A stretch of DNA of 64,000 nucleotides, from assembly GCA_032718475.1 (NCBI GenBank), contig JAUCBJ010005652.1, positions 75,676-139,675 of the forward strand, given 5' to 3'. The notes below the pieces were generated by a model. It was not told where the DNA came from. It saw nothing but the letters and a program-made list of their open reading frames with translations, and searched no databases. Shown here in pieces: positions 23,567 to 35,330 of this stretch. How positions within the stretch are numbered: the first letter of the stretch is position 1; each line of letters starts with the position of its first letter. Position numbers and translations under genes: made by a program. Source of the DNA: Nemertoderma westbladi. Taxonomy: Eukaryota; Animalia; Xenacoelomorpha.

Positions 23567-24539
23567 TTCTAAAATATGATTTGGTGACTTCCGCTGTCCT
23601 TTGCCGACATATATTAATTTTGTTGATTTGGACATCAGATATTATAAAATGAGCTAAAATGTAACTAACCTGTGTTGTTTTTACATTTTTCTTTTGTAAT
23701 CTATTTTGTGTAAACAGGTAAATTTAACGTAAATTTTAATGTTACCAATTTAAGAATTCTCAGTAAGCAATGTGGTTTGCATATCAGTAGGATCGAATGC
23801 TGGTTAACATGATGTACATGCGTTTGACGTTGACCCATATCATAAATCATTATGAATTTAATTGCCTTTTTTATACTACAATATACTTTTATAAACATAC
23901 AGTCTCCATAGTATTAATGTCGGCATTAATGTAGCCAACACAAGTCATTCAGCTTACATTATCAGAGTGAGTAACTTGTATATATTCCCATAGAATGCAT
24001 TGGGAAGAGTTATTCAGCTGAGGCGGTAATAGATTTCAAACTAAACCAACCAGTTAATGTTTGCATTGCCAGACAGTGGTAGGGCCTAAACAAACATTAT
24101 GGGTGTACTAAGTACAATAATCTCATCGATTTATACTAAGCATTGTGTAGAAATCCATTACATAATTTTTACCAATTTCATAGCCAATTAATTTATTACA
24201 GTGATACCGTGATACTGAATATTTTGCCGCAACAATTATATTTTATATGAGTGTTTAGATCGTGGCTCTACCAGTTAGTTACCTTTATTCCATTTTGTAG
24301 CAAGGCCATTACTGTTATTGGCGAAAGCTGCTCCTATAAGCAGCAACCAATCGCGTTATTGTAGTTTAACACAGTCAATGATAATGTAATATTGGCAACT
24401 GGTACTGTACAAGTTCAGGTTACGATTATTCCAGATCTTTTTTTTTATCACGGAGTTAATGAAGCTGGAACCGTAATTCGAACAAGTTGAGATTGACATT
24501 ATTCTAAATCTGTAATAAGATATTGATCACGGTGTTTAG

Positions 24540-25845
24540 TGTTTTAGTTATCCGTTACTCAATGTGGGGCGAGCCACGAAGTTGGCGGAGCCTTAGCGAA
24601 TTGACACTGTTAGGGGGTGGGTCAATTTATGCAAATAGTTGTCGTCGTCGTCGTCGTCGTCGTTGTCGTCGTCGTCGTTGTCGTCGTCGTCGTTGTCGTC
24701 GTCGTTACGATTTTGACATGCTAATAACTTTGTCGGATTTAAAGCTGCCAAGTTGAAAATTTGTAGGTATCAATATGAGCAAAAGTTGAGATTTTTGAGA
24801 GACTTTCAGACACCATCAGTGCAATGGTCTCCCGCTAGAGGGCCACATGTCTAAACATTAAATGGCCACCCATTTCTTTGCTTTTAATCCGTTTAAGCTG
24901 AAACTTGGGAAGTATGTACTAGACCATTAGCTGTAAATTTCAAAGGAGGCTAATCTGTCTGCAGTTCTCCAGTCTGCCGCTAGAGGGCGAAATGTCCCGA
25001 ATGTGAAATTATTCTTCCATTTAGTTGTTTATGATCTGATTACGCTGAAACTTGTCATATATGTACTAGATGACATCCTGAGTCTTTGTGTGGATTGTAA
25101 TCGGTCCGAAGTTTTCCAGTCTCCCGCTAGAGGGCCACATGTCTAAACATTAAATGGCCACCCATTTCTTTGCTTTTAATCCGTTTAAGCTGAAACTTGG
25201 GAAGTATGTACTAGACCATTAGCTGTAAATTTCAAAGGAGGCTAATCTGTCTGCAGTTCTCCAGTCTGCCGCTAGAGGGCGAAATGTCCCGAATGTGAAA
25301 TTATTCTTCCATTTAGTTGTTTATGATCTGATTACGCTGAAACTTGTCATATATGTACTAGAAGACATCCTAAGTCTTTGTGTGGACAGTAATCGGTCCG
25401 GAGTTTTCGAGTCTGCCGCTAGAGGGCGAAATGTAGGAAAGTGATAACCTTTGCGAATTCCTTGATCTTAATCTATTTAAGCTGAATTTTGGAATATACA
25501 GTACCGGTATGTACTAGCCACCACATGCCTCGTCTTTGTGAGGAAGGTGATCGATCCGTAGTTCTTTAATATGCCGCTAGAGGGCTAAATGTATGAAAGT
25601 GAAAACCTTCCAACATTTCGTTATTTATGATCCGTCAATCGGAAACTTGGTAGATATGTAATAGACCATAGGATGTGGCTTTGTAGGGAAACTAATCCTT
25701 CCTTCTTCAGTTACCCAGTCTCCCGCTAGAGGGTTAACGTTTTCCGGGAAAATCTTCTCCTATGTTTTTATAATCCTTTCGAGTTGATACTTAGCATTAA
25801 CTCATTTCACGTGCTGCGCGAAGGCCCCACTTCGTGTAATAATAT
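24540..25845 (+). mobile_element. Helentron-associated (HINE/DINE-like) non-autonomous element with a (GTC)n microsatellite and ~146-bp tandem units
   Basis: 5' GTGGGGC..CACGAAGTTGGC is complementary to 3' GCCCCACTTCGTG. (GTC)n lies at 24640-24705, followed by units containing GAAACTTGG and CCGCTAGAGGG. Confidence 0.6.
24832..25734 (+). promoter_or_regulatory. Array of seven CTCF-like motifs (CCGCTAGAGGG[C/T])
   Basis: Cores start at 24832, 24977, 25124, 25269, 25416, 25574 and 25723. Two carry the upstream CTGCAGTT module with CTGCAG 12 nt before the core. Confidence 0.6.
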
Positions 25846-26905
25846 ATACAGGTGTACATAACATCCCTCATGTTTGAAAAACTTCGACCTCCCTTTTAAG
25901 GTTCTCCAGCTTTTAAAGTACTGTAGGATTAAGTTTATAATGGAGTCTCCGAGACTCCGACTATAAAAGTGTGAGTATCCTCAATTGCTATCAGTAGTGG
26001 CTTCCCAAGCGAAGGGTTTAGTAGACTTACTGTTGCTTACTGAAGGCGTTTACACTCGTGGATTACAGATTTGGAATAATGGTTACTAATATTCTATTCT
26101 CATTGACTCCCTGCTGCCCTGTTAAGGGGGGGGGGGGGGGGGGGGGGTCTCTGGAGGTCGTGGGTTCAATCCCCGCATGGCACGAATTCTACGAATGCGT
26201 TTCGGCACGAATGCTTTGAAGGGACCAGCCAGGGCGCATCGGACTCTGCCTTGCCTCCTTAAGTGGTAGCTAAATGAGTACTGGAGTTTCTTCTGGGGAG
26301 CATAGTTCTGGGGGGACCGCACTTGAATTAAATCGTTTACCTGTCGATTGTGCGTTATCATTGGTTTAACGGCCGAAGAAAACTTACTTTTTTTAGGCAT
26401 ATTGCATTAGGCTGGCTGTTAGGAAGTCAGACCAGATACAATCCATCAATTACTACATCAATTTATATTAATTTACTAATAAATCAATTAGCCTATATTC
26501 ATGTAATAATAATCAATTATAATTTATAATTGATCATTATTAAAATGGATTACTGGGGTGTCGTTATAATGCAGTGGTGTCGATCACCCATAGTGGTGGC
26601 CATGGCGGTGGATGAACAGGCACTCATTGGCTTAAAGAGTTAAAGACCCTAATCGATTATCTCAATCAATTAAATTAATTTTGCTGCAGTTCTTAGATTC
26701 TAGTTCAGACTTGTTTGTACATTGTAGTGATTGCACGGTGACGGTACATGTAGTACGCTGTACTGTAACTAAATATGATGTAGTACTGTACAGTCAGAAG
26801 ACAGTGTAGCTTAGCTACTGAGCTAATTCAGTCAATTTTACTGGATATACCCTACTCAGCTACTGCCGTACAGCTGTACGTACAGCCCTGCAGCCGTATA
26901 TCATA

Positions 26906-29347
26906 ATGGGGCGCCGAACTGCCAAGGGACAATCAGGACTCGGTAAAACTATAATGAGAGATAAAAAGAGTTCTGGTATCCATCTCCGTAAAGACGGTTT
27001 GGTTAACTATCAACCCCCAGCGACCGTGGATGCATTGGTTTCGGTAACAGACCAGACCAGTCTGGAGGACTTCCTAACCACCGCCGATCTGGCGGGGCGC
27101 GACTTCACTGCTGAGCGCCACAAAAACAGCGCGAAAATAATCAACCCCGCATGTGCAGTGGAGTGTGACGCGTCAGAGGATATGTTGAGGAAGCAGGAGA
27201 AACTCGCTGATATGGTGCGGATCCCTCGACGTCCGCCCTGGGACACAACGACCACTCCCGATGAGTTGGAGGCTGCGGAGAGAGAGAGTTTCCTCGACTG
27301 GCGTCGGGGGTTGGCCTTGATGCAGGAGCAGTACGACGTGTTGGTGACTCCTTACGAGAGAAACCTCGAGATTTGGCGTCAGTTGTGGCGGGTCATTGAA
27401 CGCAGTCACCTCGTTGTACAGATCGTGGACGCGCGGAATCCCTTGCTCTTCCATTGCGAGGACATCGATAGGTACGTAAAGGAAACCGACTCCAATAAGG
27501 TGAACCTCTTGTTACTAAACAAGGCGGATCTCCTGACAGAGCGACAGCGCCGAAGCTGGGCCGAATACTTCAGTTCCCAGCGGATAAACTTTGCGTTCTG
27601 GTCGGCGTCGACTGAGATGGACCTTGTGGCCTCCTCGGCGTCGGATACGGACTCCGATACCGACAGCTCCGAGGGACCGGATTCCCCGGGGTACGAACTG
27701 GTCTCCGGTTCGCGGTTCAACTATAGAGATGTTGAGGGATTCGCTGACGACCTTCCTGGCGTGGTTAATGAAGGTGTAGAGGAGAACGATAATTATAATG
27801 GTGGCACCAAAAGTATGGGGGCCCATAAACTCGTCCACGTCCAACAATCTCCTAATTCCTGCAGCTCCTCCTCCCATTCTTCCTCTAGCTCCTCCCGCTC
27901 CTCCTCAGCCCGCTCCTCTCCCTTCCAACCCCCCTCTCCCACCCCCGATTATACCCCCCATGACTGTCTCCCATTGGTCACGATTACCTCGGACCAGCTC
28001 TCACTAATAGACCCCCATCGTCCCGATGGCAGCGACGACGACTACTACAGGGACTTCGAGGAGCTCTCCGACTACGGCTACCAGCCCCTCCCCGACAACG
28101 ATGACGATGTGGACTCCGCTGACGATATGGAGAGCAATGTTGACAAAGTAATGGAAGAGCCGAAGGCGTTCGAAGCGTTTTCCAACGATATGGAAGTCAA
28201 CGAAGTAGCTTTGGAGGTTTTAGGTGTTGAAGCGATGGTGGAGCTGGCTGAGGTCGTAAAGGAAGTCGAAACAACTGGGGTTGTAGATGAGGAAGACGTT
28301 GTGACCAGGTACAGCGTTATATCGCCGGACGTCCACGCAATATTCGACACGAGTAGCGCGGGGAGTGTGGGAGACGTTAACCAAGGAGCGATGGGGGACA
28401 TGGATGGGGTTGTAGACGAGGAAGTTATGGAGAACAGCAGCGGTGAGAGCGACACTAACGATCTATCGTACAAGGTACTCAGTGGGGATGAGTTGCTTCG
28501 TTTGTTCCGACGGTTGGGATCCGACGTACCCCGGACAGGATCCGACGTACCCCGTACCGGATCCGAGACCCCCACACGGCTCACTGTCGGTCTCCTAGGC
28601 TATCCTAATGTCGGTAAGAGCTCGACCATCAACGCGCTCCTCGCATCCAAGAAGGTCGCTGTGAGCGCGACCCCGGGCCGTACCAAACACCTACAGACGC
28701 TCTACGTCTCCGACGACTTGGTGCTGGCCGACTGCCCCGGCCTGGTCTTCCCTTCCTTCGTCTCCACTAAGGCCGAACTCATCCTTAACGGAGTTCTCTC
28801 AGTCGACCAGATGCGGGACTACGTGGCTCCGGTCGCGTTGCTATGCCAACGCGTACCGCGACCCGTGCTGGCCGGCCTCTACGGGTTCCGGTTGGCCGAA
28901 GGTTCCGAGTCCAACAGGATTCCGGACGTCCGACCCGCCACTGTTGTGTCGATGACTCACGAATTTCTCGACGCCCACGCAACGTCGCGCGGCTTTATGA
29001 CGTCACGAGGTCGTCCTGACGGGCAGCGTTCCGCCAGACTGGTGCTGAAGGACTACGTACAGGCCCGTATAGTCTACTGCCATGCGCCCCCTGGTGTTCC
29101 TACCCGCGGCTTCCAGGATTGGATGAAGTCGCGTGTCTCCCTAGGCAACACAGTGACGTCATCGCCACCACCCACTAAGGAACCGCAGTTGAGTCAGTTT
29201 GATAGTCAGTTTTTTTCGGGGCAGCAGTCGAGACTCGGGGTGAAGGGTAACCGGGTCCCGGGTGCTATGACAACCGGCAGGAAGAGACATAACAATAAGT
29301 GTAAAAAGGAAAAGTTAAGACGTGTTTATAAACATTTGGATCAATAA
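26906..29347 (+). CDS. LSG1: Large subunit GTPase 1 (circularly permuted GTPase for 60S maturation); single coding exon
   Basis: PYERNLEIWRQLWRVIERS, QIVDARNPL, G4 NKAD, G1 GYPNVGKSS, G2 SATPGRTKH, G3 DCPGLVFP, basic C-terminus KKEKLRR. Confidence 0.96.
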   Translation: MGRRTAKGQSGLGKTIMRDKKSSGIHLRKDGLVNYQPPATVDALVSVTDQTSLEDFLTTADLAGRDFTAERHKNSAKIINPACAVECDASEDMLRKQEKLADMVRIPRRPPWDTTTTPDELEAAERESFLDWRRGLALMQEQYDVLVTPYERNLEIWRQLWRVIERSHLVVQIVDARNPLLFHCEDIDRYVKETDSNKVNLLLLNKADLLTERQRRSWAEYFSSQRINFAFWSASTEMDLVASSASDTDSDTDSSEGPDSPGYELVSGSRFNYRDVEGFADDLPGVVNEGVEENDNYNGGTKSMGAHKLVHVQQSPNSCSSSSHSSSSSSRSSSARSSPFQPPSPTPDYTPHDCLPLVTITSDQLSLIDPHRPDGSDDDYYRDFEELSDYGYQPLPDNDDDVDSADDMESNVDKVMEEPKAFEAFSNDMEVNEVALEVLGVEAMVELAEVVKEVETTGVVDEEDVVTRYSVISPDVHAIFDTSSAGSVGDVNQGAMGDMDGVVDEEVMENSSGESDTNDLSYKVLSGDELLRLFRRLGSDVPRTGSDVPRTGSETPTRLTVGLLGYPNVGKSSTINALLASKKVAVSATPGRTKHLQTLYVSDDLVLADCPGLVFPSFVSTKAELILNGVLSVDQMRDYVAPVALLCQRVPRPVLAGLYGFRLAEGSESNRIPDVRPATVVSMTHEFLDAHATSRGFMTSRGRPDGQRSARLVLKDYVQARIVYCHAPPGVPTRGFQDWMKSRVSLGNTVTSSPPPTKEPQLSQFDSQFFSGQQSRLGVKGNRVPGAMTTGRKRHNNKCKKEKLRRVYKHLDQ

Positions 29348-30496
29348 TTAATGTGTTACAGTTAGTAATGCACGGTTATTTTGCAAGATTAATTTCGTTA
29401 GTGCTTTCTATTTGGTGTATCTATGTAGAACTATATCAACTATACATGTTGCATTCTGTCTATATAAAGGAAAGAGTATTCAATGTTTGTACAAACACGA
29501 TATGGAGTTTTCTATCAACATGTTCCCGGTTTCATATGCGAATGCAAACAGACGGGAATGCACTGGTCGTCCTATATATATTTTTGCATATATTTACTTA
29601 CGGTATTGTCAGGTCAGTAGGTACAGCACTAGATCTACAGCCGACCCTTTATCTGTATGCAGATTTTTGATATGAAATCACTTTTCATCTCACCGTGAAT
29701 TACCTGTTGTACTCTGAAAATTCAAAGGCCAATTAGAAGACTCAAATCGATACCAATTCAATTAATTTTTACTGTTATAAAAATGCTTAACTATATAATT
29801 ACATTTTTGAACTTAATCAATAAAAAAATTCCACCGATAAACATAATTGTAAAAATAGGAGAGAAGGGGGTGGGTTGTCTTGAAATGTTAAAGAAGTTAT
29901 TATATTAAGGGCGATGGTGAATTCTATGTATAACGTTTTTTATTTAATTTGTTTATTTAAAAAAATATTATATCGGTTTTCAGACACTCGTTTATTTACG
30001 TAAACCTCCCCCGTTGCGCTCGCTCTCTTCTGGCATATATGGGGGACTTTCCACGCAATCAAATCAGCTGATTATAAATAATGATAATATTAATATATTA
30101 AATATAAAACCCAAAAGTTGCTGCGGCGTATCTCAAACCGAATTTCTATATTAGAGGCCTCCTAAAATGTCATCCCACTTTCTCGGTGACAATTATCAAC
30201 GATGTTGTACTGGAATGATTAATTCTAGGATTAAATATATCAAGTTGTGTATCAAAAATACAATAGTGTGTTTGTCGATCATAAAACATTCTTCCATAAG
30301 TAAAACATACGCGATAATTTATCATTATTGCTCCGGGGTAAATTTATAAGAGAAGCGTGAAATACTTACATAATACTCAAAAAATAAAAACAAAAGTACA
30401 ATAACAAACTGCACGTATAACGATCGCAGACTATTTATACACCTAATAAACATTTTTCCACTTTTCACTTTTAAAAATTATGACTTACAACTAAAT

Positions 30497-31907
30497 TTAC
30501 TTCATCCAAGTTTTTGATTGTGGTATAAAATATATTCTCCAAGCGTTTGGCTTCGTCGCTGTCACGCAATTGGTTGATTGTGGCACAGAATGCCTTTTCC
30601 AGAAACTTGTAGCAATTCTTTTGGCCGGTTCAGGTGATATACCGGACGATTCCGAATCCTCAGCCAACTTTTCCGCTTTGGTAGCCTGCTCCATGAAATA
30701 TCGCACTTTAGACATGGGGTCCTTTGAATGAATATTGGGCACAACTGTCGCATCCGATTGCGATTTCATCAAAACGCTTTCAGTTTCGCTATTTTGCAAT
30801 AATCTCGGATACTTTTTTTTGTCTTTCAGGTTTTCCTGTGACTTGTTACCTCGTGTATGGGTATCGAGATTTGTGTTGTAGTTAGTGAGTGCTGGCCTCG
30901 AGGTTGGAAGCGTCCAACCTACACTCAATGGATTATTTATTGTAGTACTAGAGGCAGATGTAACGGACAAGGGTAACTGATCTGTAGGTAGTGATGGTTC
31001 CTTTGATGTGTGTGAAGGCGAGGTAACATGTGGTGTGTCTTGGGGGACCTGAATGCTGCCTACTGGAGGTTGTTTAGAGTGAGATTTAAGGTCTGTGGAT
31101 ATTGTTTTATGTGACGTGTCAATACCAATTGAGTTTGAATGTTGTGGCTGTGGCATGGTGGTATGGAAAGGATATCGTACGTAGCCTTGGGTCTGGTGAC
31201 GTCATTACTTTCGAATGCGGAGGAATAATATTGGGATGAGTATGTGCGGGTAGTTGAGGTGGATGAGAATAGTGATTGATCTGGTTTGGAGGTAAAATAA
31301 CTGGCTCAAGAGGAGGGGGAGGGTGATGCATTTGATAGCGACTAAAAGGAAATGTTTTATCTGGTGGAGGTCGTTAGAATGGCGGGTGTATCGAGAACTG
31401 CTTCGATTTACGGAGCTGTCCAAATAGGTTCTTTGCTTTTGAATTCGAAACTTGTATGTTACTGGTAGCTTCATCGATAATCGAAAGTTTCATCAGTTTT
31501 GAATAGCTCTTTATTATTTCTTGAAAAGATTGTCTTATAATAGTTGGAAACTTCTCAGTACAATTTTGTATAATTGTTGCAGCTAATTCTCTAATCGTGT
31601 ATCGAGGAACGCAGAGTTTGCTTGATAAAACACACTTGATGCCTTTATCATTAAATATGTTAATCGAACATCTAAAGCGTATCTCCAGTTTTCTAAGCAT
31701 TTCCCTATTTTTACAACTTAGTACAGAAGATATGCTAGGTGTAATATCGAAGAGTAGTTTATATTTATTGCCATTATTCCTTTCTGAAACAAATCTTGAA
31801 ACATTATTCCATTGTAAATAAACATCGTATTCTTTCTTATCGGAGCTAGAAGACGCGGCAGTCGGTACAAAATGTGCTTTTGCACAATGCGGTTGCCCTG
31901 GTTCCAT
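30497..31907 (-). pseudogene. Disrupted ORF with a possible degenerate KH-like domain and a Pro/Ser-rich tail
   Basis: ORFs 31374..31907 and 31119..31331 are in the same frame across one TAA, then shift frame into 30497..31156. LLFDITPSISSVLSCKNREMLRKLEIRFRCSINI has KH-like spacing but no GxxG. Confidence 0.45.
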
Positions 31908-31918
31908 CCGGGTTTACT

Positions 31919-32029
31919 CAAGGACTTCTAGAACATAGTATACATTCATATACATATAGAATATATGAATGTATAGAATGTATAGAATGTATTACATATA
32001 GAATATATACTATGTTCTAGAAGTCCCTG
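31919..32029. mobile_element. 111-bp palindromic hAT-like MITE
   Basis: Arms GGACTTCTAGAACATAGTATA / TATACTATGTTCTAGAAGTCC; flanking direct repeat GTTTACT (7-8 bp TSD). Confidence 0.8.
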
Positions 32030-32391
32030 GTTTACTATGAAATTGAATTTCTTACCGGTCAGCCAGTACCGGTACTATACCAGTAAACAATATTCTTAAC
32101 CCCAGACGGACTGACGGCAGTTTCCTTTCCTTGTTCATTGTTTTGATTCTTTATTACTATGAGCAGCCAGCACCATTTATTGGCTTATTGATAAGTTAAA
32201 TAATCACCACATAATGAATATGTAATAAAGTCTTACTGTCTTAAGAATAACATAAAATCTGACATCATGTATCAGCATTTTCAAATTTTGAAAAAAAGTA
32301 GGGTCCCCTATATTTAAGGAGTGCCGCTAAAACGTCTGTCCTTATCATCTGTTCCGATCTGACAGTATCTGACACTTGTTCCACTTGTTCC

Positions 32392-32705
32392 TTGAATAGG
32401 CTTTCCAGGATTTGGAAGTCACCTAGAATTAATCGGAAACTTAAGGTCCGATTATTCAGAGCAGCAGTAGTTCCAGTACTCCTCTACGGGAGTCCATGCT
32501 GGGCTCTAACTGCTGAGGACACCAAATCTCTGGATGGCACATTCACAAGAATGCTACGCCGGGTTCATTGTGTCAAGTACAATGCACACATCTCCAACCA
32601 GACACTATATAACATTGGAGGTGTCTCATTGGTTCCCCCAAGCTTGACACTAGAACAAAATCGCCTCCGCTTTGCAGGACATTGCTTTCGCCGTGAGGAC
32701 CAGCC
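32392..32705 (+). mobile_element. 3' fragment of an RTE-like LINE, split by LTR copy B (continues at 44613-~44770)
   Basis: Reads IWKS...LLYGSPCWALT...RLRFAGHCFRREDQP, then resumes after the element as QPVHNLVLWQPHG...LKDTGL..DRELWR. Confidence 0.87.
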
Positions 32706-33941
32706 TGTTCGCGCTTTTGAAGACCTTTAGCAGTTTAACCTGCCAAAATTTATATGTCTTTTAGTTAATTAACACACCTTTAGCATACGACAATATTTTA
32801 TGCTAATAAACAAAACATTAGCCGAAGCCAGCCCATGCGCGATCATTCACCCGATGGATCTACACCCGGGAGGCTGAATTCGGATGCTTAGATTTTATTA
32901 TTGCAGTGTAAGGTTGCAGTGTAAGCCTACTGTATTATTCGATAGATCACTAATAATTAATTTCTGACAGATATTATTAACTTTCGGGAAATATTAACAG
33001 TTCCTTTAGGACGTGGCGCTCTATCTATTTAAACAGAGCTAGGACTTATACTAAACGCAACGATAAGGCTTATGATTAAAGTATAAGTCGCATTCTTTAG
33101 GAAATGCTTTGTTACCAGTCACATCACACTCACAATCATGCACACTATTCTGCCGACCGTCAGTACATTTGATCACACATGAAGAGAACAGCAATTGACT
33201 CAGGTAGTGTCCACTAAATAACATTAGATTCAATACACACCACATTGATATAAATCGCAATTGTTATATATAGCCCGCCTCTCTAACCTGTAGTGTATCA
33301 AGAAAATTGGGAATTTGGGTGATTTATCCGTATTATCCAAAGAGCAATATTTCCATCAACAAATAGGTACAATTAATAACTGACGGTAAATAGCAGTACA
33401 AACAATATGATTAGTGCAGTTAAATTAAGTGAGGTAACACCGCCGCCGGTAACAGTTATACTTTCTATAATCTAAGCAGTTTACTAGAGTTCTTACCAAA
33501 AAGCCGGTGTTTCTGGCTTGGACAGCAATAACAACAAAGTATCAAGTAAAAACAGTAAGACTGAACACTCTCCTTATGATCGGCTGAAAAGCTACACGTC
33601 GACAGGAAAAATCGCTCTGATTGGCTCAAGCCAAACAAAGAACTATGCGTCCAATGGCTGTTTCCATGTCAGCAACCAGCTGTTAGATGTCGTAATATGA
33701 ATCATCACGGCTAAGCTGTGAAAGGTAGTTGGTGCATTACAGGTTTTTTGCTTTACCATGTCCGCCAAAACACGTATATAGCAGAATGATTTTTATGTCC
33801 GTTAAAACACCTGTAACGGTACCTTGCGGGCGAGGGGAATATATATACAGTTAGAGAACCTTTTTAGAGTATTCCAGCGCCTGGGGGGAAACTGGATTGC
33901 GAAGCAAAAGGGGCCAGTTATATCCCACAGAAGCTTTTACA
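32706..33941 (-). repeat. 3' LTR of copy B
   Basis: TG..CA, 1236 bp, matches 43377-44612. Preceded on the sense strand by a short purine-rich TGGGAGCGG (33942-33950), also present in copy C. Confidence 0.97.
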
Positions 33942-34019
33942 CCGCTCCCAGAAAATGGGATTTAAGTCTATAAAATATACAAAATCACAGTTTCTCAAAT
34001 ACGAAAATACTCTAAACAG

Positions 34020-35330
34020 TTAGTCTTTCATGCGCGGACGGCGTTTACGCAGTTTTTTAAAGCTAGCCAGAGTCTTTTTCTCTTTGGGGCGAGCCACTTT
34101 ACAAGGAGGGCTATAACTCCTGGGTGAAGGGTGCAACATGATTGCATCAGAGGGTATAGGATTATGGTCGGTGTATCCGCCAGTCGAAGTGCCGAGTTGA
34201 TTGACATCAACGTCGGGGGAGAGGGGTCTAACGGCTTTGAGAGCTCGTTTCAAGACAGCCGCTCTTACGGGTCCTTTACGAGTGGTCTGAATGAGGGCCG
34301 TGGGTGGACCATAGGCAGTTAGAAACTTCCTTGGTTTAATGGTTCTTTCCAACTCGCGTTCGCGGGCTCGGTACTCGTAAGGCCGTCGATATACTTCCTG
34401 TAACTCGATATGCGTGATTTCTGTTCGACAGAAGCGAATAGATAAGGATGGAACGCATAAATTCCTTCGTAAGCGCGTCCAAGATAATAGCGATGGCGCG
34501 AATCACGATGTAAATCAGCGTTCGCTTCCCAAGCTCTAATGTAACGTAGTGTGATCATTTCATCTACGCTTTCCAAATCGCGATTAAAAGGGCAATCGAA
34601 ACTGGCGTGTCCCTTTAGTGGACAGTGGTGACATTGAGTCATAAATTGAGGGTAAACCGCAAAAATATGCAAATTATTAAATCTGCAATACGCTCAATAA
34701 ATTTCCATCGCCGGTTGTTCGTGGAAATAGGAACAGCGGACGTTTGTGTCCATGGGCGTAACATGGTCTCTCGATGCGCATAACCGACAACGTTGCCGAG
34801 AAACATAGTTGGCATGGCGATAATCGTACGCAGTGAGACACTGTGGACCTTGATACCATTCTAGGATGTAATCGTTGTCGCTGTTCCGAGCGCGATAGGC
34901 TGAATCTCCTCAGATTCTAGGCATATTGGTTCGTCTTCCCAGTCTGTTACGAATATAATTTTCGTGATCTATTCTCGGTTTATCGTTACGACTCCGCTGG
35001 GTATGATATTTAAATAGAACCATTTCCCTTTAGGGTGTCTACATCGTCCGTATCATGTAAATCGATAGGATGGCCGGTAGTTAAGAAGTCCATACACGTA
35101 CCATTACGATGCGTATAGCGAGCGGTTAATTTTCGATAGTCCAATTCACGCGTAAGTTGCTCTTGGGACATCGGCGGTTCGATATAACGACCATCGTCCT
35201 CCGTAATAGTCGGATCGGCTTCACCGCGTATCAAGCTATCCACAAACGCTAATACCAAGGTCATCTTCTATTAATTCCGTCATATCTGCTATCTGAGTTT
35301 ATTAATATTAGTATGAGTCAATATTTAGGC
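34020..35330 (-). CDS. Accessory 3' coding region of copy B (pieces 35010..35264, 34319..34672 with a CCHC knuckle, 34020..34352 with a basic tail); spliced or decayed
   Basis: N-terminal piece AFVDSLIRG..EDDGRYIEPPMSQEQLTRELDYRK and C-terminal piece LHPSPRSY...KKLRKRR..KD* are conserved in copy C. Contains CHHCPLKGHASFDC. Confidence 0.6.

Noticed and set aside
33051-33700. Duplicated small genes (33051..33260 / 43722..43931 and 33518..33700 / 44189..44371)
   Set aside because: Chance ORFs within the identical LTRs, not kept intact in A or C.
33942-33965. LTR elements oriented on the plus strand with a PBS after the left LTR
   Set aside because: CCGCTCCCAG.. is not a tRNA PBS and its complement is purine-rich (PPT-like). 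Gag and the CCAAT box point in the minus direction.
34020-35330. env gene
   Set aside because: No long ORF, signal peptide plus TM anchor, or glycoprotein-like Cys pattern was seen; the conserved parts are basic or soluble.
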